Shown here: positions 1 through 10,100 of the stretch, in pieces | Layout: every line of letters starts with the position of its first letter | Position numbering within the stretch: the stretch's first letter is position 1 | Assembly: GCA_002633005.1 (NCBI GenBank) | Contig: NMRA01000127.1 | Coordinates: 124,001-188,000, forward strand | Reading direction: 5' to 3' | Length of the DNA stretch: 64,000 bases | Source of the DNA: Phoronis australis | Lineage: Eukaryota; Animalia; Phoronida | Notes under the pieces: generated by a model | What the model saw: only the letters and a program-made list of their open reading frames with translations | What the model was told of the DNA's origin: nothing | The model's database searches: none | Program-made: the position numbers and the translations under genes

Positions 1-718
1 TTTTCATGCATGCGTGTGTCTACAGTACTTTTCAGAATAAACTAGACCGACCTCGACAGATTTCTTAGATAAACTTTTGACAGAATAATTTGGCTGTTTA
101 GTCACAATACATTTGACATTTTTGTCGAATCTTGTCGGACATCAATGTGACTTTGATGCGCCTAACCGCCAATGATTTATTTGTGAATGGTCTTGTGCAG
201 TAAGTTGTAGTGATTTTGATTACGGACATGAAGCAGCACCTATTGAGATTTTTTTGAAATTTTGCCTGAATTGAAACGGATTTTAGCAAAAAAATCGATA
301 TTCATTTTGTGACCCACTCATTTACATGGATGTAATCAGTGCAAAGGCAATGATAAAATTTGTTCGTCAGGCACATCATAATACCCCTAGTTTCATGCCC
401 AGGTGAAATTGGGGTACAAAGCATATCCTATGAGTACGGAAAAAGAATATGAAATACGAATATCAATTTTCAACCCCAAACCATTCACCAAATCCATGTG
501 CGGATCGCACTATTTCACAGTACGTCAGAAAAAAAATTTATCTTCTGCTCCTCGACACCACCCATCACACAGGAAACACATGCTGGGTCGAAACTAGGTG
601 TCACTAGTGAGATGCCCTGTGCCTGTCGGTCTTCACTGATTGGAAGCAAATACAATCCTCTGTGCATGTCAGTTCCGCCTCGTTAGCAGACATTGTAATG
701 AAATTTCAGAGGGTAGGG

Positions 719-923
719 AGCCTTCGGAATCGTGAACCTTCGGAATAGTGAATCTTCGCGGTGGTGAATTTTCGGAGTAGTGAACTGTCGGAGTAGTGAA
801 CCTTCGGAGTGGTAAAACTTCGGAGTAGCGAACCTTCGGAGTAGTGACACTTTGGAGTGATGTATTGGAATGGTGAACCTGTGGAGTAATCAACCTTCGG
901 AGTAATAAACCTTCGGAGTATTG
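719..923. repeat. 16-bp minisatellite, consensus GAACCTTCGGAGTAGT, about 12-13 degenerate units
   Basis: Directly visible head-to-tail units without spacers, in a cyclase intron. Confidence 0.9.
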
Positions 924-975
924 ACGCTTCTGCGTAGTGACAACTGTCATTCTACAATGTACATGCCTTTTGCAG

Positions 976-1114
976 CCGGGTTCACATTTCTGAGGTAACA
1001 GCAAGTTTCCTGAATGGTGAGTTTGAACTGGAACCAGGCGAAGGCGACACCAGAGAAGACGCCATTAGACATGCAGGCATCAAAACGTACCTGATAAAGT
1101 CCGTTATCAAACCG
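976..1114 (+). CDS. Cyclase exon, end of C1a domain
   Basis: ttttgcag acceptor and gtaatc donor; encodes [46 protein letters not shown], matching the cyclase GRVHIS...EPG.G...GI.TYLI motif. Confidence 0.9.
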
Positions 1115-4100
1115 GTAATCACTTCATTGTGCTCTCCTAGATGATAGAGAAATCAATCGTTAAGATTATGTAGAACTCTAGAAAATTTCCAAATTTGGCT
1201 AACTTTGGAACATCATATCGCATCGGTGGCTGATCATATTCAAATGAAACTTTCTGATGTTGTGCTTTATTCACTGTTTTGCAAACTGATATAAGGATTG
1301 TTCTTAATTGTTCCATTTTTGCATGAGGGGATATCAAAGAATAAGATTTTTATGATTTCCATGAGAAAATTAAAGTTGCGTTATAGAACGAAAACAAAAT
1401 GATATTTAAGAAAACTGTAGCAGCGTTATTAAGGTCTCATCTTTTGCTGAGTTGAAATTTGACAATAAAATCCTTCAGCACATTAATCTTCTTTGCTGTA
1501 ACAGGAACATCTAAACAATTTACGACTTAACATGTTTTTTTCCTTGTGCATCAATTCAAAATAGTTTTGGTGATGATGATTGTGGACGCTGATGATGGCA
1601 GCGATGGTTATCATATTAGACTTACGTCTCAATTTCAGTATCCACAAAATACTCTGGACGAGGGAGTCGTAAGCGACCAACCAACAAACGTCAATGGTGA
1701 TGATGAACACAACTCTAAAGAGGTAGGTCTAAGTCCGTATATCAGCAATTCATCAAACTACGCTTTTCATGAAAAACGAAAAAAATACCTATTATTTCTG
1801 CTTTTACAACCACGAGACAAAATCCCTTCCTGTAGAAGGGTTGTGAAGCACAGACCCACAGAGTTGTATGAGAATAGATCATTGAAAGTTTATTTGAGGT
1901 GCATGTTTGCAAACTTTTCGTGTTTTCGAATAAATTAGTAGACGTACTGTCATTGTTAGTGGCGTTGCAAATTGAGTGTCATTGGTAATGTCATTGCAGG
2001 AAGATCGTGCAAAGTCAGCCCAGTCGGAGAAAACCCTCTTCATGTCAGCTTTGATGGAGCAAGAAAATTCTTCGTAAGTGACATTTGTCATTATCATGGA
2101 CTATAGTACACGGACAGCAAATTCCCGGGCCGTATATTTTCACTAGCGACATCTGGCAAACATAGCACGCTTTGCTTCCTGCAAGTACGTCGTCTGCTAA
2201 TCATGGCCATTTCGAAGGGGTTTGGGTCGGCGATTTTGCGCAACTGTCATCCGTGTTTAAATAAATTCAACACTCGCAAAACGTTAACTTTTTAAATAAA
2301 ACTGATATTAATACTCCAAAAATAACCACCACGCCTACTCAAAAACCAATCTCGCACTTTACATAGTTCATGGAACGTTTCATTTTTAAGCTCGAATGCA
2401 CGCCAGTGCCACTAAAAATTTCTGGACTCTACTGTTGGAAGACCTTAAACATCGTTTTTCAGTGCCGAAATTATTTTCTTGATGTACTAGACAGTAAAAT
2501 TGATGGAAGAATTTCTCGTCACAATACATTAACCGGAAGCTGAGTTTGCTTTGTTTAGAGGGTGGCGCCTCCTCTTGGATATCTCGAAAAAATGGCGGAG
2601 TTGCGAATCTGCTGTCTATAATCTATGGTCATTATTTAAGCTATAATGTCATAGGTTATTAAAAGAGCGTTATACAATCTTTTAGGGATTTCACTCGACA
2701 CTGCTTCCGTTTCTCGTATTGTACATACTATTACCCAGTTAGAGCAGTATTACTCAACTCGAAATGTACATACTATTACCCAGTTAGAGCAGTATTACTC
2801 AACTCGAAATGTACATAGTATTATCCAGTTCAACCTGTATTACTCAACTAAAACACAAAACGTTATTCACGCTTTCTTAAGAAAACTTTGTCAGTAGCAT
2901 TTGAAAGTTGTCGACGGTGGTAGAACATTTTTCTGTTCTAAAGACTGATGCATGGTTTTGAAATGATCTATTTCTCATTAAAACTCTTATTATTAAATTA
3001 GGACATAGTTAATTTCCTTTTAACAATACGCTTTGTGTGTGAGATTTTAGTTATCACTGCACCCTACTGGTGAGACTACATATGCATCCATAGATATCGA
3101 TACACTGGTATAACTCTTGTTTTAATTAATTCATTGTGTTTTATTGAGCAACCTCCCACAATCTATTCCCTGTAGTGTGACGTCTCCGTCTATATGCAAC
3201 AAATCCAATTTACAGTAACCACACTGGCGTTTTTTTCTTCTTTAAGGCATATGTCAAAGATGCTCAACATATTCACTTTGCGATTCAAAGATGCCACCCT
3301 GGAGAAGCAGTACAACAGTCGCAGTGTGCATAGCTACACTCTAAGTCTGATTGGACTTATTGCTGTCAAGTTGACTGCGTTTGTGGCTCAACTTTTAATT
3401 CTACCGAAGTAAGAATCCGTTATCAAGCGACATTTCAAACGACCGATGCTTAATTTGAGTTCGTCATATGACTGGGTGAATTTATTTGAGAAGATAGGGT
3501 TTGAAGCAAATAATTAGTTTGCGTAAGGAAGTAGCAAGAAAAAGACCCTGACTTGCTTTCAATAAAAAACAATGTGGTTTACAACCAGTCTTTTTTAATA
3601 CAAACAGTCACTGCATTTTGCCAAATCTAGTGTCAGTTATTTTATGTGAAATATAGTGGCAGTCATCGCCGGTTCCAACTATCTGATTGGTGTGTAAGCC
3701 GGAAGTAGTCACCGAGAGCAAATCAGGGTAGAGTTCAGTTGCTGTCTCGCGGCTAGAAAATCCACCCAAAATCACTTTTTTCCAGTTCAAATACACCGTG
3801 ACCATATCTCACGTAATCTCGCGAAGTTTTACTTTTTATCGAGGTCCTAGCGTAAGTCCTAGCGTAGGTCCTAGCGTAGGTCCTAGCGTAGGTTCCAGCG
3901 TTACTGAACTCTACCCAGGTGCCTTAGCCGGTTGACGATGAAGAACCGGTGAAGTCAATCAACCCTTGAAATGTACCGTTGATGTTTCAGAAACACCGTC
4001 AGTTTCATCACGTTTGCTGTTGGATTTCTGCTGCTTGCTGTAATGATTGCGCTGAGTTTGCTCTGTAAATTTGACAAGGTATGGTCCGTCTTGTACAATG

Positions 4101-7100
4101 TTCCCCAAGCGAAAAGAATAACCTTCTCTCCTATTTTGATGCTACGACGTAAATCTGGTACAATGAATTAAGTGCACTAATTTTTGGTTTGCTAACGTCA
4201 TCCTCCACTTTAGGTCACGCATTCCTACGCATTTAGACCTTTCTCCTCTGACAAAACATTATTGAAGTAAAACAAATCAGCCACGCTCCACGAAGTGGAT
4301 CTTCTGGCTTGGGCTAGGGGTCTTAGTTTGGCAATCAGAGAGAGTCTCTTCGTTGTTTAACTGAACACCAGGACATCACTGGAAGCCTCCTGGGCCCTGT
4401 TGAGCTCACCCTTTAGTGATATTTTTGACCAGACGTGTGTTGACTTCTCCTACTGATGTAACACAGCTTTCAGTTGCTCTTGATTACTTGTGTTCCATTT
4501 CTGTTTTTCCTTGATGGCGATGGTCTGATTTTCAACCGATACGTTGGCCATTGTGTTTACGCTAATCGTTCTCCGTTTTCTACATTTAATTTAGCCAAAT
4601 GCCATCGTGGTTAATAAGCTGAATAGTGTTTTTGTGATTAATTACATGTCTCCAGTACTCGCCGATTCCTGCTAGACATTCGCTGAAATCAAGGCCGCTG
4701 TTTTAATCAGTTACTTACCCTTAAATTAGCTATGCATGAGATTTTATCAGTCAAATACAAAAAATGTATGCTTAAAGTACTCTTTCATTCATCAACTGGG
4801 CTTTAGCTTGTTCAGTGTAGCGCTTGTCGGCGACAACGAATGATTCAGGTTCGAATTCGTGATTAGACTGACCTCAGAAAATCGCAGTTTTCGTCGACAC
4901 TGTGACTTTAACTGGCTATAACAGGATATAGAATCTTGATGAACAACCCTGTTAAATGCAGATAACGAAGTATTGCTTCATCGGTGACAGTTCGTTCGCG
5001 GAAGCAGCTGACGTTGATATAATATATACATTAACACATATTAGGCAACCCTTTCCAGATGTCTGATACCACTCGTTTCTCAGACCGACGATGGTTTCGT
5101 TATATTTGGGCATTGCTGGCAGTAACGTTCATGGCGGCTGGTGACCTGGTTGACTTCGTAAGTACAGCAGAACTGGAATGTGCAAGCGTGATTCGCATTT
5201 ACGCATTGTATATATGTATTGGCCTACATTGAAATTAATACCGCTCTCAGAGATAACATTTTTGGTCACTAAAACCCTCTTTAATATTACGTGAACATTT
5301 CAAAATACACTATTCAATCATACACAAGCATTTGCTCTGTCAGTTTGGATTCAACATTGACGGAAAGTTGTTGGTTATGGCATTAGTAATCGCTCGCATA
5401 CTTGTAGCTGTATTGCTTAGGTTATTTTATTTTTTGCAATTATCTATCCGCAGGTTGTAGGCTGCTATCCAACACCTCACATATCAACGAATGGGTCGCT
5501 CTTTTTTGATCCAAACTCTCTCAGCTGTGAATATCCAGTCTACTTTCCATACTTCGGTGCGCTCTCCTTGATAGGAGTCACGTTTGTTCTACAAATCGGC
5601 TTCATCTTGAAGACAGTGTCCATGCTTGTGATATGCGCGGTGTACATTCTTGGATGTATGCTGTTTGTTGAGCCAACGTTTCACAATTACGATAGCAATA
5701 TTTTGAGATGGTTTATGTAAGTAATATTTCTGCCATACGTGATGTAGTTCTAATTGCAAACGAGAACCTTAACATCCTCCACCTACTGAAATATGGAAAA
5801 TAACTGATTAGTCAGATACTCCAAGATACATAAATTATCCCTATTCGTTAGGTTTACAAATTTGAAAGCAGTATTTTCAAGTACTGTGTACATTGTTATT
5901 GTGACCTGTTTCGGATTTAGAGTGGGTCCAAAGGAAAAGGTCCCCCCGCCCTTGAAACTCTATTCACTCAAGAGGTCGTAATGAGATCCCAGATTTGATC
6001 TTAAGAATTCCTCCAATTACGCAAACTTTCTTTATAGGTCTTAGGGTAGTTTAGGAGCAGCTTCAAGTGGCTCAGTGGCGGATCTAGGATATCACAAGGG
6101 GGGNNNNNNNNNNNNNNNNNNNNNNNNNNNNNNNNNNNNNNNNNNNNNNNNNNNNNNNNNNNNNNNNNNNNNNNNNNNNNNNNNNNNNNNNNNNNNNNNN
6201 NNNNNNNNNNNNNNNNNNNNNNNNNNNNNNNNNNNNNNNNNNNNNNNNNNNNNNNNNNNNNNNNNNNNNNNNNNNNNNNNNNNNNNNNNNNNNNNNNNNN
6301 NNNNNNNNNNNNNNNNNNNNNNNNNNNNNNNNNNNNNNNNNNNNNNNNNNNNNNNNNNNNNNNNNNNNNNNNNNNNNNNNNNNNNNNNNNNNNNNNNNNN
6401 NNNNNNNNNNNNNNNNNNNNNNNNNNNNNNNNNNNNNNNNNNNNNNNNNNNNNNNNNNNNNNNNNNNNNNNNNNNNNNNNNNNNNNNNNNNNNNNNNNNN
6501 NNNNNNNNNNNNNNNNNNNNNNNNNNNNNNNNNNNNNNNNNNNNNNNNNNNNNNNNNNNNNNNNNNNNNNNNNNNNNNNNNNNNNNNNNNNNNNNNNNNN
6601 NNNNNNNNNNNNNNNNNNNNNNNNNNNNNNNNNNNNNNNNNNNNNNNNNNNNNNNNNNNNNNNNNNNNNNNNNNNNNNNNNNNNNNNNNNNNNNNNNNNN
6701 NNCCAGCACCAATTTCAACTATGGTCTGGATTTTTTTTTGAAAATCTGCACAAAGGCGCGTTAACCAAGGGTATAAGCAAGGTTTGAGCCGCCATAATTT
6801 GCCAAGTGATGAGTGAAAATTCCGCTTGTCTCAGGTGAATTTTCTTTTTTGAAAAAGAGTAGTAAATAAAGGTATAGCACCATCGACTCAATTTTCAAAA
6901 AAGAGACCAGAACCAACTGTATTTTGGCTTAACGGTCTATTCTCTGGAACGAAAGAGAACAATCGCAATGTCTGCACAGCTATCACGGCGATACCCCAAA
7001 GTACTTTACTACTACTGTGGCTGACATGATTTGCGAATGATCCTTTACCCAGCACGTGAGGATCAATATTTACATGACGAGTGATGTACTTCATGTTTAC

Positions 7101-10100
7101 TGTGCAACTTAGTCACACGAGATTTTATAGTTACGTTTTGTCTTAAGGAGACTTTTTCCATTAGCACACTGGCTTGTGTAGTATACGGTAACCGCCTAAT
7201 TTCGTTATCAATTGTCTTGTTTCAAAAATATTTATCTGAAAAGACTAATTGGCCACTGGATGATTTAGGTGTAGGGTATCTCTAAATGGATACCCACTAC
7301 AATTAGCAAAAATTCAGACGTGTGGGATGGCTTTAAAACCGGCACGACCGTTGTCGTTTTTTCGATCATAGTCGAGGGGAGTAGGCGCCTACGTTTTCAA
7401 AGTATGAAACAACATATTTAGAAATCATTCACTTTTCACATTCGCTCTGCGTGAAAATAGCAATTTTTATCAAAAAATAATCACATGAGTACAAATGGCG
7501 GGGAATTTGTCTGTGTACATGATGCGTTTCTATGCTAATACGTTTTAGGAATGCATGGTTTCAATTTTGAGTTAAAAATTAGTTGAAAAAATGCAACCGT
7601 TGGTAAAGGAAGTAAACAATTGATTTAAACACGCCTTACATGTCATGAAAAAGCTTTTCCTGTGTTGATTTTAGACTTCGTACATATGAGCGATCCTGCC
7701 TAAACCTTCAAACAAACTCCAGGTTCCGTTATGTAAGCTTCCTTTGCAAAAACAAGCAAAATCCGCTGAAATGGCAAAACTTTATACAGCAATACGAGTA
7801 TATTTTCTATAAAGTCGATGTAGCCAACATTCAATGAATTGCTTAAATCGTTTGAAACCCGATACATTAACAGTTACAATTTTGAAATGTATGATAGGTT
7901 AATTGTCTAACCATGGACAATATAGTTGGTGTATGTGGCAGGCTAAGCGGAATGCTGACTGCAGCACGCAGTTTGCTTTTATAATTTATACATGAGGTTG
8001 GGAAACTATGGAATCGATTAATTCATTATTTTGAATTTGAATTGAACGAACCTAATATTGATTTCAACAAGTGGGCTAATATCTTTGATGATTTACTGTC
8101 TGTATTAAGTTAAACAAGGTGCTATGAACTCGACAGTAAAATGACCTTTCATTTTTAAAACTATAGGTCACGAAACTACCCCACGGCGATTTCGTCGGCG
8201 ATTATGCTTAATGGTCTTTTGGGGTCGTTATCTTGGCTCAGTGGTTACGTGAGTATTGTTTAAGGAAACTCCAATATAAGTTTGTGCAAGCTTTTCCTGT
8301 GTCGCCACGTGTCTTTTTGTAATCAGAAATTTCATAAACACCCATTATCTGGTTGCTGAAACAATTTATTATCAACACAAGCGCTGTCTAAGGATGTGTA
8401 TTTGTTTGCCAAATCAACCAAATCTAACCTGTTCTACTGTAATAGTAATCATGATGAGCCAAGTTGCGCATACTTTTAAGCTCGAAAGCACCAATAGGAG
8501 GCGCCCGTTCATTCATATCAAGTCTGTCACTCGGTGGCGAGATCCACTTAGTAGACGAAAGTAAGTCACACTTATGCTAGCTTTCGAAGACAATGCTGTC
8601 AAGTATTATGTTTTCTTTCGATGGCTGTTATGGGGGTAGTCTCATAAAGAAGGTTTTACATTCGTCCTGGTCTATCTTATGCATCCCCGCCATGACTTTC
8701 GGAGATTGTTAAAACGATCTGCCGCCTGAGATCCTATTGAGACTTAAAATTGTCAGAGGCAACTTAAGTTGGTCAGCAAACATGGATGTGTATCTTATGT
8801 AACGTGCACTTAAGAGAAATTGTTGGGAAATACACATTTTATGTTCATTAAAGCATTACACCCGCGCTTTCTGTCAAAGAACACCTTTTGACTTAGGCCT
8901 TAACCATCAATATCAGCTCGCTCGGAAAACATTCATGTTAAAATGATTCAGGAATTTTCCTCAATTAAAATTTGTTTTTGAAAGGAAGCACGGGTTTAAT
9001 GCCGCTTCAGTATATTGCAATACGTAAAATACCCAGCGAAAACCTTCTTCACTTTATGTGATGGCGCCACCACTCTGAAATTTAAAATATGCTTTTCTGT
9101 TTAGACGGAACGCACAAATCGAAAAATGTTTATGTGGAGACAACAGGCGGAGGAACAAAAGAACAAAATCGAAGTGCTGAGAGAGAGTAACGAAAAGTTG
9201 GTCCTCAATATCCTTCCGCCACACATCGCCGGACATTTTACCGGAGCCAAGAAACGAGATAACGTAAGTTTCCAGCAGCCTTTATGCCAACATTAAGTTG
9301 TAAATGTTTTGACGTGTCAGTTATATAAACTTTGTACTCAGATTAACATTCGGAAAGTTCATTTTTAAACATTACTTTAGAGTCTCGCTTATTATAGTTT
9401 TAATACTCTGATGTATATACAACCACGCAGCTTTGTTTATTAATTAGCTCAAGTAAACAAGCGAAGTGTATTGTTACAAGAGAATTTCCTAAAGGAAATG
9501 CACCCTTTTTGTTGCCAGCCACAGTACACGACGTGTGTCATCAGCAGCTAACTTTATCGCCCATTGTTTAGTTTTTTGAATAATTCATTAAAATCATTCT
9601 TCAGGATCTCTTGAGTCAGGCGTATGACGAAGTGGGTGTCATGTTCGCGGCTTGTCCCAACTTCAACGACTTCTACACCGAAGATGCGGTGAATAACAAC
9701 GGATTAGAATGTCTCCGATTCCTCAACGAAATTATCTCAGATTACGACGAACTGCTCAACGAGCCGAGGTTTCAGTCGATCACTAAAATCAAGACTGTTG
9801 GACCGACTTACATGGCCGCCAGTGGCATGAACACAGCCGACAAAATCTCACCAGTAGGTGTCGCTGTGGTGCTCTTCGGTTTTGCAGTTGTGAACTTACA
9901 TATTTGGCTTGATTTATCAAATAAATACCGTCTAAATTCCAAAAGATGATGAGTCAAACTTATATTATATTAAAATTCAAGTAACCGTTACGAATTTCAT
10001 TTGAACTTTCGTTTTCCAACACTCCTGAAATTTCCCAAATCATGCGAAAAGAAATTGAATAGTCCTTGCATACTAACCCGGACTTGTTTTTCTTCCAGGA

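Noticed and set aside
719-923. CRISPR-like regular repeat and the 669-1004 ORF
   Set aside because: The units are 16 bp, contiguous and degenerate, with no spacers or cas genes, in a eukaryotic intron; the ORF is a by-product of the repeat.
6075-6764. 229-aa and 208-aa ORFs
   Set aside because: Artefacts of the N run.
9611-9949. Stand-alone 112-aa cyclase ORF
   Set aside because: It is an internal exon read through into the intron past the donor at 9854.
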